A stretch of DNA of 64,000 nucleotides. It comes from a virus. Below are positions 38,431 to 47,251 of this stretch, one piece after another. The stretch's first letter is position 1. The number at the start of each line of letters is the position of its first letter. The stretch lies in the IMG/VR virus record IMGVR_UViG_3300045988_125874. One strand, written 5' to 3'. Position numbers and translations under genes: made by a program. Below the pieces are notes generated by a model. It was not told the DNA's origin, did not search any database, and saw nothing but the letters and a program-made list of their open reading frames with translations.

Positions 38431-38613
38431 TTAAGCGTTGATACCAATTGCATTTCTCATAAAGTTACTCGCTTGCTCTACTGACATATTCAGTTTTTTC
38501 TGAATCAGAAGAAGCATACAATTAACTTGTTCTTTCGTATCCAAATTACCTTGTACAAACTCTGACATGATAAATTTTTCTATTGTTCTTTGTTGGATAA
38601 TTGTTGCTTTCAT
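38431..38613 (-). CDS. Hypothetical protein (60 aa)
   Basis: ORF 11 nt downstream of the previous gene. Confidence 0.45.
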   Translation of the reverse strand: MKATIIQQRTIEKFIMSEFVQGNLDTKEQVNCMLLLIQKKLNMSVEQASNFMRNAIGINA

Positions 38614-38624
38614 TAAAACCTGTT

Positions 38625-38981
38625 TTAAAGATGAGTATATAAACCTGTCACTTGTGTAAACACTTCTTGCAACTGTTCAGAATAAATATCGCTCGTAAAG
38701 TAGATCTCTTCAGTTTCAGAGAAAGAGAAGGTCCTTTTGTTGAATTTCGAGGATTTGATGAATTTCATAGAATAAACATCCTTACCTTCTTCATAAGTGA
38801 CGATTAATTTATCCGCGCCAGATTTGTTCCTGCTCAATTTAATAATCTGCTCCATGTTGCCAGATTCATTTTCCATATAACCGGTAAATTCTGAACCCGT
38901 CATAACTACAAATTTATGTCCACCAAGTTGTTGGTATAGGGACAACATAATTTCTTTTATTTGTTCTTTTGAATGTTCCAT
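38625..38981 (-). CDS. Hypothetical protein (start at MEHSKEQ)
   Basis: Internal ATG avoids overlap with the upstream gene. YQQLGGHKFVVMTG and TGLYTHL motifs seen. Confidence 0.5.
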   Translation of the reverse strand: MEHSKEQIKEIMLSLYQQLGGHKFVVMTGSEFTGYMENESGNMEQIIKLSRNKSGADKLIVTYEEGKDVYSMKFIKSSKFNKRTFSFSETEEIYFTSDIYSEQLQEVFTQVTGLYTHL

Positions 38982-38994
38982 TGTAATATCGGAA

Positions 38995-39246
38995 TTAAAA
39001 AGCTGGAAGAGTTTCTGATTGACCATTTGCATAAGCGAAAATTTGTGCTATTTCTTTAGCTAATCTTCGACTATGTTCTTTGTCACGGCCATCGTATCCA
39101 TTTCTATTATGTTTTTTGAGTTCTTCTCTTGCATTAGAGAGTGTTGTTGCTGTTTTCGTACAGGGATTTGCATCAAATTTAGCTTGGGCTTCATCAAATT
39201 TAGCTTGCAACTCTTTTTCTTTATTCATCCATTCTTCTTTTTTCAT
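38995..39246 (-). CDS. Hypothetical protein (83 aa, helical)
   Basis: Start lies inside the conserved 84-bp promoter/leader repeat. Confidence 0.5.
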   Translation of the reverse strand: MKKEEWMNKEKELQAKFDEAQAKFDANPCTKTATTLSNAREELKKHNRNGYDGRDKEHSRRLAKEIAQIFAYANGQSETLPAF

Positions 39247-39325
39247 TGCTCTTATGTTTTAATTGTTAGTATTATTGGTTTCTTTTAGTATTGTAAAGAT
39301 ACTCATTATCAGTGAGTTAACCAAA
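39242..39325 (-). repeat. 84-bp promoter/leader repeat, copy A (81/84 identical to 51167-51250)
   Basis: Contains the start codon, leader ATAAGAGCAATG, a -7-like TATCTTTAC and the palindrome ACTCA-N7-TGAGT. Confidence 0.8.
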
Positions 39326-39486
39326 TATTTATTCAATTATTTTAGGCGTAATTCGTTCATAATCAAATATTTAACTTTTGCTATAAAACAAAAATGGCGC
39401 CGACTTTCACAAGCCAGCGCACATAAGAGCAATGAAAACACCAAAAAGAAGTGTTTTCAAACGCAAAGGTACTAAAAGAAACACAA

Positions 39487-40998
39487 CTACAAAAAATCTT
39501 TGAGCAACTCTTCATCACTAATAAAGTTGTAATCTCTAGGATAAAACGTATTCGCTAATGCGTCCATATAGTCAGGAGAACGTTTGATACGTTTCTTGAC
39601 ATCTTCTTTAGGCTCAATGATAATCTTTCCATTACTAAGGAATTTCCATTTGGTTTCGGTAGCTTCCTCCATTAGTTGATCGCAGGGTGGGAGAGCAGCT
39701 CCAAAACCATTTTTAGGATTGAGCCAGTCACGTAAAGCCCAATATAGGTATGCTCTCATATTGGCAAATTCATATTCGCCAGTAATATCGTGTAAGCCAT
39801 CTGCACCTTCGGAATATTTACAAGAAAAAGCATTCCTACACTCTTCTTCTAGTAGCCTGGAATATACTCCAGCTCCTTCACCAATAGTATCAATAAACGC
39901 TTTTGCTCCTTTCTTCTTCAGGTAGGGAATCGTCATACCTACTACGTGCATGTGATCCGCACGTCCGGCAGATTGATGAACTTCAAATTGAGAAACGTAG
40001 TTACCGTATCGCGGACAAAGCACACTATTATCGCGTCCCATACCGGCAACGTCAACACCTAGCTTACAAGATTTGGCTGGGATGAAACCGCTTGCCTGTA
40101 ATTCCTGCCAATTCCTGTTTGCTATTTCTATCCATTCATAAGGAATAAGCACATCTTCAGAAACTTTCGGGAACATACCAAGTACCTTGACGCGAAACAA
40201 ATCGTTAGGCCGGTATAGCTTACCTTCCCAATTGAAATCGCCTTCTCCCTCGTTGAAATCTGTTCGCTGAATGGGGGAGCACCAATTTATCACCTTGTCC
40301 TTAACCCATTCATAATCCACTTGACCGGGTATTACTATTTGCTTCTTTACTACATTTTCTGCATTTAGAGAGCTAAGTCTGAATTTTGCAAAACGGTCAG
40401 ACTTCATGGCACGAGCTGCGTAACCAGTAGTAACATTAGGATTGAACACTATGAGAAAGCGAGAATTACCCTGTAAGTTACCCTCAATAGCGTTGTAAGT
40501 CGCTTCTGATATACCGGAAGCTTCAGTAACAACAAACATAGTATTTACAGCGTGGAAACCAGACCAAGCTTCCGTATTGTCGTCACCAGCTTTAAACCCT
40601 GTTAGGAACCACTCTTCGTAATCAGTTTTAATGCCGGAAGACAATAAGCGTCCGGGCAAGAACCCTGCATTTCTAAATAAGCGGGATATTTCAGGTATCA
40701 TGATATTTTGAACCTGACGGGCTGTAGGAGCCGTCATGGCAATCTTGGTATTCTTGACTAACTTACCTTCTTTCCAACGTGGAGTAAGATACATAAAACA
40801 CATAGATGCACAAGCCGCAATATAATCCTTTCCCCTTGCCGTGCCTGACGCTACAGCAGTCATTGGATTATGCTGAACGGATTGAAGAATGGCTTGTTGC
40901 TCTTTGTCTAACCTTGAATGAAGAACATCATGAGCGAATTTGCACCAATCCTCCCGCCATGCTTTCATGTATCTTATAGACTTGTCATCTTTGCTCAT
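39487..40998 (-). CDS. terL: Terminase large subunit
   Basis: 503 aa. N-terminal ATPase region (VASGTARGKD) and C-terminal nuclease-sized domain. Follows the small subunit with a 4-nt overlap. Confidence 0.85.
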   Translation of the reverse strand: MSKDDKSIRYMKAWREDWCKFAHDVLHSRLDKEQQAILQSVQHNPMTAVASGTARGKDYIAACASMCFMYLTPRWKEGKLVKNTKIAMTAPTARQVQNIMIPEISRLFRNAGFLPGRLLSSGIKTDYEEWFLTGFKAGDDNTEAWSGFHAVNTMFVVTEASGISEATYNAIEGNLQGNSRFLIVFNPNVTTGYAARAMKSDRFAKFRLSSLNAENVVKKQIVIPGQVDYEWVKDKVINWCSPIQRTDFNEGEGDFNWEGKLYRPNDLFRVKVLGMFPKVSEDVLIPYEWIEIANRNWQELQASGFIPAKSCKLGVDVAGMGRDNSVLCPRYGNYVSQFEVHQSAGRADHMHVVGMTIPYLKKKGAKAFIDTIGEGAGVYSRLLEEECRNAFSCKYSEGADGLHDITGEYEFANMRAYLYWALRDWLNPKNGFGAALPPCDQLMEEATETKWKFLSNGKIIIEPKEDVKKRIKRSPDYMDALANTFYPRDYNFISDEELLKDFL

Positions 40999-41360
40999 TC
41001 TTCATCGTCTGGCAATTCTTGCATTAATTTCTCAAATGGATTAATATTCAAATCTTGCTCTACTTTTTCAACGTAACCGCGATGCTTCATTTTAGTCTTA
41101 CTTAACCAAATAAGCATGGTGTTATCTTGTTCCGTCAAAGCTTTAGCAAACATTGTCGTTTCTAGCTTATCATAGAAACTTTCTTCTACTTCTTTCCATT
41201 TTTCGGCAAAATCTGGATCATTCGATTTCCATTTATAAGCAATGGAGCGTGAGATTTCTACAGCTTCACAAGCTGCGGTAACATTCAGCATCCTTGCTTC
41301 CAATGCTTTTAAAAACTTAGCTTTCTTTTGCCTTGTATTAAGCCTGTACTTCTGTGCCAT
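40995..41360 (-). CDS. terS: Terminase small subunit (HTH)
   Basis: LNVTAACEAVEISRSIAYKWKSNDPDFAEKWKE. Immediately upstream of terL. Confidence 0.7.
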   Translation of the reverse strand: MAQKYRLNTRQKKAKFLKALEARMLNVTAACEAVEISRSIAYKWKSNDPDFAEKWKEVEESFYDKLETTMFAKALTEQDNTMLIWLSKTKMKHRGYVEKVEQDLNINPFEKLMQELPDDEE

Positions 41361-42048
41361 CTTTACTTCCCTCCAATACATTATTCACAATTTCCAACAT
41401 TTTGCATATACTCAAAGCCTGTGCTTTGATTTTGTATTTCGCCTGAACTTTTGCGGATACTTCATTTAATCGATACATTGTTTCCATGTCCAATAAAGTA
41501 AGGTTGCCAAGTTCTTTTTCTGAATAGCAATCCAATGTTTCCATTAATTTGTCAAATGAGACTTTCTGTGTATCTACAAACATAAGAGTTACTGGAACAA
41601 TTTCATTATTCGGCATTTCAACTGTATAGTTGATGTCTTTAACGCTTTCTAGTACTTCATTACTGATATGCGCATACTCTTTCAGTGCGACATCCGTTAT
41701 TTCATCAAGAAGCTGTTTTATTATCTCTTGATCATCTTGACCGTTTATCGAATTTGCGCTTAACTGAATAGCCCGTATTTCATCATTGGAAATATCTTTT
41801 TCATTAATATACATAATATGACATGATGTCAAACCAGCCATATTTGCCGCTTGTATTCTATGGTTCCCAGAAACAACAGTATAAGTTCCGTTGTCATGTT
41901 CAACACAAAATGGGACGCTGCTTAACTGGCCATCTCTACGAATATTATTCACGAGTTGGTTAAACATGGATTGCTCCATAAATCTTGCATTCTTCTTTAT
42001 CAACTTGATAGAAGAAAGCGGAACTTCTCTTATTTGAAACTGCTTCAT
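41338..42048 (-). CDS. ParB N-terminal-domain (ParB-like nuclease) protein; start at MKQFQIREV
   Basis: IREVPLSSIKLIKKNARF ... TVVSGNHRIQAANMAGL. The chosen start abuts the stop of the upstream HNH gene. Confidence 0.7.
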   Translation of the reverse strand: MKQFQIREVPLSSIKLIKKNARFMEQSMFNQLVNNIRRDGQLSSVPFCVEHDNGTYTVVSGNHRIQAANMAGLTSCHIMYINEKDISNDEIRAIQLSANSINGQDDQEIIKQLLDEITDVALKEYAHISNEVLESVKDINYTVEMPNNEIVPVTLMFVDTQKVSFDKLMETLDCYSEKELGNLTLLDMETMYRLNEVSAKVQAKYKIKAQALSICKMLEIVNNVLEGSKDGTEVQA

Positions 42049-42052
42049 ATTT

Positions 42053-42796
42053 TTATTCTTTAAATTTCCAAATAAATCCTCCTGCTGTATGGTATCTTGG
42101 TCTTTTCCTACAGCACATACCAATATTGGCACTACATACTCCTGTTTTTCTTGATGCGTCCATAATAGAATTATATTCATTCAATAAATCACCATTAGAA
42201 TTATATTGAAGAACCCTACGTACTTTTAGCTCTATCTTTATCTTCTTGGGAAATTCTTCTGATATTTTGCGACACCAATAGAAACTACCTGCATGGTACT
42301 GCTTTCCATTTATACATTGATTTATAGAAGTGTTTAGTACTCCTGTTATTCTTTCGGCTTCTGCACCAGAGTTATACTCTTTTAAGAAATTACCATCCAA
42401 ATCATATTGTAAAACCGGAATAGAACAAATTTCTTTTGTCTTTATATTTCTATTTCCATATTGGCAATTATACTTATGTGTACAAAATTCCAAATTATCG
42501 ACTGTATTATTATTTTTACATTCATCCTTATGATTGACTTCTGTAAGATTTAAAGGATTATCTAAAAAAGTTTCAGCTATTACTTTATGTACATAAAAAC
42601 GCTTGACTACATTATTCTTGCATAAACACAGGAATAGGTATCCTTTTTTATTATCACGAGGTAGCAATATTTTACCGCTATAGAATCTTCTTCCACCTTT
42701 GTATGGGACAACCCTATCTAAGGAGCGTATTCTACCTAAAGACGATGCTTGATATAAACCTTCGTACCCCTTAATATTTTTCCAAATTTCATCCAT
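42053..42796 (-). CDS. HNH homing endonuclease (NUMOD4 + HNH + two NUMOD1/IENR1-like repeats)
   Basis: WKNIKGYEGLYQASSLGRIRS; VNHKDECKNNNTVDNLEFCTHKYN; duplicated VLQY(D/N)..G.(F/L)L.EYNS module. Confidence 0.8.
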   Translation of the reverse strand: MDEIWKNIKGYEGLYQASSLGRIRSLDRVVPYKGGRRFYSGKILLPRDNKKGYLFLCLCKNNVVKRFYVHKVIAETFLDNPLNLTEVNHKDECKNNNTVDNLEFCTHKYNCQYGNRNIKTKEICSIPVLQYDLDGNFLKEYNSGAEAERITGVLNTSINQCINGKQYHAGSFYWCRKISEEFPKKIKIELKVRRVLQYNSNGDLLNEYNSIMDASRKTGVCSANIGMCCRKRPRYHTAGGFIWKFKE

Positions 42797-42800
42797 ACAT

Positions 42801-44888
42801 TTATTCCTTTCTCGGCTCATCACCGTATTTTTCTACAAATGCTTTTAAAATATCATCTAAGTTGCCACGAATACCTGCATCTTGTATGTAATGGAGTTTA
42901 CCAACGCAACGTTCATGTAATTTGAATACACCACGATATTTCATACTTACAGGTTTATCGGTGAACACGGAAGTAGCAATAACACCACATTGATGTTTAT
43001 ATCTTATATCCAGTTCTGATTTAAATTCTGATGAAAGAACGCCCATTATTAGCAATCGGCTCAACTTAGGCAGAGGGTGGTCTATGACAAAATCCGATTT
43101 CATCCAAACTGCATCCATGCCGTATTTGCTGACCTTCAGGAAGTCAAACATACAAGCTCCGAACACGTAATCATCCAAGAACCACAAATAACAGAACGGA
43201 GCTGATCCGAGTATGATGCCTTTCTTCAAGTAAATCATGCGCAGATAATCAATTTCTGCCATAGAAGCACGAACAAACCGGAGTTTGCTATTATTTGTAA
43301 GTACGTAATCGTCTGGCAACCGTTTATATTTTAGAGGGATGATAGTCCGCTTGTTAAAACTGCTGTCTCCACTTTCTACCACATTAGACCAAATATATGT
43401 GCGTTGGTCTTTGAATACCTCTCTTCTGCCCATAAATCCATGCTGCGAGAGAGCCATGTAATTAACTTGTTCTTCATCTATTTCTGCATATTTCGTTTTA
43501 GTTCGTTCTTGAGATCCAAAATCATCCAATAAGAAACGCTGTAATGCGTTGCTTGTGGCTTTCATACCGGAATGAAATTCATTCTGATAGATCAATATGT
43601 CATTCTCTTTGCAGTTAAGAATTGCATCTGATATATCAGCACAATAAAATACTTCAATAGACTTACTTTTAAGGCTGTCTACGAGCTTTTGGTAACGTTC
43701 CGTATACTTCTTATGGTAATGCTCCAATTTTGCCATAAAATCGTCATAAAGCGACTTATGGTAAATATCTTGTGAGTTCTTATGCTTCTTGATGGCATTG
43801 AACAGATGGATAGTGGCAATAATTTCAGCCGGACTTTCAGACTTGATATTCAGAAACTCATATTCATCATTAAAACGCAGTTCTTTTATCTCTCCCTTGA
43901 TTGCCTTATACATCATGTAGATAAAATACTCCTTTGTATACACCTTAATCTCACGGTTGGTAAGTATTTGCTCTATATCCATATAGTATGAGTTTACCAC
44001 ATGAGCAATATCAAATTTGGCCGCTTCTTTCTTGATGAAGGAAAGCATACGATTAGTTTTCTTAAACATGGAGCCTACTATCGTAACATTGTCCGAGTGT
44101 TCTGCTGCCCAAAGTAACGGTTTATGTCTTTGGGGAACCTTGGAATAGTCTATATGGAATGTCTCAAGACATTTGTCAATAGTGGTGAGTTGCTTATACT
44201 CTTCTATGTCTTCATGTAGGTAGGCATATTCTACAAATGAATACATGAATTTGATTGTTTCCAGCACCTTGTCGAAGTCCCATGAACTATTGAAGATACG
44301 GAATTCTGCTGTTCCTATCTTTTCAATAGAACATAAGTTGAGCCAGTACCGGATATGTCCTCTATCTGACCCATTACTAAAAACTTTCAGTAAATTCTCA
44401 ATATTATCTGCTTCAAGAACTCGTTTTACAACATCCCAAGGTGGACTGGGTACGAGATATTTTGTTTCCCACCACTCGGCAATGTCAAATATTCGTTTGA
44501 TTGGATAAGCGGTGTAGTAGGAGAGGGCAAACAAACGTTTGATAACATTCAAGTCCATATCTTTGATGTATAGATGTGCATCAAAACCTTCATTCCACAT
44601 GAGATAACTTCCTGCATCTCTCATGGTCTGAATAAAATTCTTCAACTCCTGCAAATCTTCTATACAATAATGGTATGGGCGTGTGTTTATTTCCCCGCCA
44701 AATTGACCGTGATGCGTAACTGCCGATCCATCCGAGTTATTCATCATGGTTAGCTTGTTATCCGTCCACTTGTAACCCGATGGAAGAGGAATGTGCTCTT
44801 TATCACCATCAGCGAACTCCAGTTCCATGCCAAATGTGCGATTGGCTATATAGTCAATCCACGGTTTATCTATATTCGTGTTCTGCAT
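42801..44888 (-). CDS. Large protein with an N-terminal amidoligase-like (Amidoligase_2 / GS-like) domain and about 450 aa of unknown function
   Basis: RTFGMELEF ... NNSDGSAVTHHGQFGGEINTRP fits the amidoligase pattern (G.E.Ef ... DgS ... gg.Ei.sp). Confidence 0.55.
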   Translation of the reverse strand: MQNTNIDKPWIDYIANRTFGMELEFADGDKEHIPLPSGYKWTDNKLTMMNNSDGSAVTHHGQFGGEINTRPYHYCIEDLQELKNFIQTMRDAGSYLMWNEGFDAHLYIKDMDLNVIKRLFALSYYTAYPIKRIFDIAEWWETKYLVPSPPWDVVKRVLEADNIENLLKVFSNGSDRGHIRYWLNLCSIEKIGTAEFRIFNSSWDFDKVLETIKFMYSFVEYAYLHEDIEEYKQLTTIDKCLETFHIDYSKVPQRHKPLLWAAEHSDNVTIVGSMFKKTNRMLSFIKKEAAKFDIAHVVNSYYMDIEQILTNREIKVYTKEYFIYMMYKAIKGEIKELRFNDEYEFLNIKSESPAEIIATIHLFNAIKKHKNSQDIYHKSLYDDFMAKLEHYHKKYTERYQKLVDSLKSKSIEVFYCADISDAILNCKENDILIYQNEFHSGMKATSNALQRFLLDDFGSQERTKTKYAEIDEEQVNYMALSQHGFMGRREVFKDQRTYIWSNVVESGDSSFNKRTIIPLKYKRLPDDYVLTNNSKLRFVRASMAEIDYLRMIYLKKGIILGSAPFCYLWFLDDYVFGACMFDFLKVSKYGMDAVWMKSDFVIDHPLPKLSRLLIMGVLSSEFKSELDIRYKHQCGVIATSVFTDKPVSMKYRGVFKLHERCVGKLHYIQDAGIRGNLDDILKAFVEKYGDEPRKE

Positions 44889-45744
44889 ATCTCAACTTGA
44901 CTAATGATTTATAATCAGGGACAAAACGAACCACATCACCAATGTGATAATCCGAAACATGGTCACATTGCATTATTGTATATTCGCTGGAGCTATCTAC
45001 ATACTTCAAATTGGTATAATAGGGAATTCTGCATTTAGCCATGTCCGCCATTGAATAACCGCAATCGAGAATGAGTTGATTACGCTCTGGATAGATGCCT
45101 ATTATTCTTGTTTGTAGTTCTATCCCATTAAAGCCTTTTTTCTCTTCATTATTGCAATATGGAATAGTGCCAAACAGCATATATTCTCCTATTCGCACAT
45201 CACTTATGAAGTTTGGAAGTTTGTCATACTGTCCGAGCCAAAAACTTCCTCCTAAACTGATGGATTCAATATATCCTTTTAGGTTGTCCCAGATGTCGTA
45301 TAATCGCGACATTGGCGGGTATTTGTCATTGAGGCAACCGGAAGTAATCATACCGTATATATGAGCATCTGAAAGCATCCTTATTTCGTTAGCTAGTTTG
45401 CTTGCTTCATAAATGCTTAAACCTTCTCTGTTATCGTAAGCGTCAATTGGAATGTAGTAGTTGTGTATTCCTTGGCAACCCTCTCCATTAATAGTGAGAT
45501 ATTTCCAAGAGTCAGCAAATGATGTTACTACTGCACCTATATTATCTTTTGTCGCTTTCCCAATAGAATAACATACGCTATCTTTCAAATGTAACCCGAA
45601 AATCTTATTTCTTATTTTATCCGCTATATGCTCATGAATATCTTCATAGAAGTCCTTAAACATTAATGAAATGGGAACATTAACAAACGATTGCGCCTTT
45701 TCAATGTTCTCTATTATATTCTTGGTATAGACAATAACTTTCAT
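44866..45744 (-). CDS. Alanine-racemase-fold (PLP-dependent, predicted amino-acid racemase-like) protein
   Basis: ISLGGSFWL ... VRIGEYMLFG ... LILDCGYSMADM resemble the COG3457/YhfX-type racemase fold. ATGA overlap with the GNAT gene. Confidence 0.4.
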   Translation of the reverse strand: MKVIVYTKNIIENIEKAQSFVNVPISLMFKDFYEDIHEHIADKIRNKIFGLHLKDSVCYSIGKATKDNIGAVVTSFADSWKYLTINGEGCQGIHNYYIPIDAYDNREGLSIYEASKLANEIRMLSDAHIYGMITSGCLNDKYPPMSRLYDIWDNLKGYIESISLGGSFWLGQYDKLPNFISDVRIGEYMLFGTIPYCNNEEKKGFNGIELQTRIIGIYPERNQLILDCGYSMADMAKCRIPYYTNLKYVDSSSEYTIMQCDHVSDYHIGDVVRFVPDYKSLVKLRYAEHEYR

Positions 45745-46640
45745 AGCTCCCACTTTAAGATTAAACGTTCAATCCCTTTGTATTTGGTATCACGTTTGAA
45801 CGAGAACCCGGCATTGGTAAAACTCTTGATACTTGCTTCATTTTTGGGTGAGGTCATGGCAAATACCTCTTGTGCACCGTTTGAAACCAATTTTGCAAGA
45901 TTAGCATTGAGTAGAATGTACTGAAAGCTATTACCCCTATAATCTGAACGAACGAAACATTTATCTACGTAGGCAGTACCGTATTCAGTGAAATATGCAA
46001 GCGAATAAGCAACCAGCTTATCATTTGTCAATAATCCGTAACTGCAACCAGATTGCAAGCACTTGACTATATCTTCCGGTTCCGAAGCGAAACACATATC
46101 AGGATCAGAGAGCAACTTTTGCTCAATTTCTTCTATGGTAGTAATGTCAGACATAGATAAAGCTTTCACTTGCATATTGTATTCTATGCTTCCTTTATGC
46201 GTCGGGAACAATGGTTCGTAACGGTCAATCCATGCTTTAGAAAGGAATGTGTCTATATCGACTTTAGGCAATAATGCTTTTCTATAATTGTCGAAAATGT
46301 CTAGTACAAATTCTTTATGCTTAGTAAGTTGCTCATTTTTCAACGGACATTTACTGCTACGGAAAACAAGACCTTTTTTTACCGACTTTACCCACAAAGG
46401 ATAAGTTCTACACATGATAGGTTTGTAGCCATTATCACATGATTTACAGTCTTTAGCGATACATTTAATCTTTTTACCGCCAAAGTAATCATCATCTATA
46501 ATCTGTAAATGGGAGATTTCTTTTTCATACCCGTCAAGTTCATGGGGGAGAATTACAATATGTCCGTCCGATCCGAACGAACAACACTTCCAACCGCAGC
46601 CGGAGTTTTCACATGCTCTTATTAGTCCTTTTTCGTCCAT
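45741..46640 (-). CDS. Fusion of a CxxCxxCC (YkgJ-type Zn/Fe-chelating) domain and a GNAT acetyltransferase domain
   Basis: N-terminus: CENSGCGWKCC ... KPIMCRTYPLW. C-terminus: FVRSDYRGNSFQYILL ... SPKNEASIKSFTNAGF. Confidence 0.65.
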   Translation of the reverse strand: MDEKGLIRACENSGCGWKCCSFGSDGHIVILPHELDGYEKEISHLQIIDDDYFGGKKIKCIAKDCKSCDNGYKPIMCRTYPLWVKSVKKGLVFRSSKCPLKNEQLTKHKEFVLDIFDNYRKALLPKVDIDTFLSKAWIDRYEPLFPTHKGSIEYNMQVKALSMSDITTIEEIEQKLLSDPDMCFASEPEDIVKCLQSGCSYGLLTNDKLVAYSLAYFTEYGTAYVDKCFVRSDYRGNSFQYILLNANLAKLVSNGAQEVFAMTSPKNEASIKSFTNAGFSFKRDTKYKGIERLILKWEL

Positions 46641-46683
46641 ATATTTAGGTTGTATATAACTTCATATACATTTTGCGTTAAAT

Positions 46684-46709
46684 GCCTGTCGAGCGTATTC
46701 CCGACAGGC
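46684..46709 (-). other. 8-bp hairpin between the tRNA array and the GNAT operon
   Basis: GCCTGTCG-10 nt-CGACAGGC. Confidence 0.35.
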
Positions 46710-46865
46710 CTAAATACAAATCCATCATTTTTCAAGCTACTTGCAAGAACACTTATGCAATCTATTCGGCTTCTTTACAGTCGTGTCAGATGGCAATTTC
46801 CATCACCCCGTAAACTGCACAAGCTTTAATGCTCTTGTTTTCGCTTATCGCTACTATAAGGGTTG

Positions 46866-47052
46866 AGGGATAAGCAGGATTCGAACCTGCACAAGTATCG
46901 TCTGCTTTCTCGTTTTCGTCCGTAGATTGGTTATCCTACGATCTTTAAACTACTCGACCTGTTACTAACAGCCGGTCTTGATGACATCCATTCTTATGTA
47001 CACTTGGAACTTCCGTTCATTTAGTCTTAGCTCCCTATGACCATTTTATCCC
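46866..47052 (-). tRNA. Oversized tRNA-like gene A (187 nt): canonical acceptor, D-like arm and T-arm with about 120 nt between the D- and T-arms
   Basis: 5' GGGATAA pairs with 3' TTATCCC. D-like arm TGGTC-12 nt-GACTA. T-arm GCAGG-TTCGAAT-CCTGC. The 5' end lies 4 nt after gene B. Confidence 0.45.
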
Positions 47053-47056
47053 TTAG

Positions 47057-47207
47057 TAGTGGTAGCAGGATTCGAACCTGCATGATAGGAGTTATTTTGC
47101 TGTTACATTTAAAAACAGCCATGCCCGTTTATTTTTACAACCTTAGCCTAGGGTTAACCTATCTATAAACATGTCACTTTAGCGTCTACTAATTCCGCCA
47201 TACCACC
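47057..47207 (-). tRNA. Oversized tRNA-like gene B (151 nt): Leu-type 5' half, canonical T-arm, about 105 nt in between
   Basis: GGTGGTA-TG-GCG-GAATTAGTAGA-CGC resembles tRNA-Leu. Also ...GCAGG-TTCGAAT-CCTGC-TACCACT-A and internal hairpin GCTGTT-TTTAAATGT-AACAGC. Confidence 0.45.
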
Positions 47208-47251
47208 AAATTTGCGTGTCTTTCCACGCTGTCAGATTGTTTGCAGTACCA

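Noticed and set aside
39263-39475. 70-aa plus-strand ORF in the terL-downstream spacer.
   Set aside because: It runs antisense through the conserved minus-strand promoter repeat, and its sequence is hydrophobic and low-complexity. Only the separate 22-codon ORF with the conserved leader (39432-39500) is noted, and only as a curiosity.
42801-43500. Calling the C-terminal region of the 695-aa amidoligase-like protein a Mom-like GNAT DNA-modifying domain.
   Set aside because: It rests only on a vague resemblance (KLSRLLIMGVLS, IDYLRMIY) recalled from memory. It is not strong enough without an HMM or structure search, so it is kept only as an idea to test.
46866-47207. Interpreting the long tRNA-like genes as tmRNA, or as tRNAs carrying group I introns.
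   Set aside because: There is no G3-U70 alanine identity pair, no plausible tag-peptide reading frame with a resume codon, and the length is far below tmRNA (about 350 nt). Inserts of about 105-120 nt are too short for group I introns, and I could not draw the P1-P9 helices.
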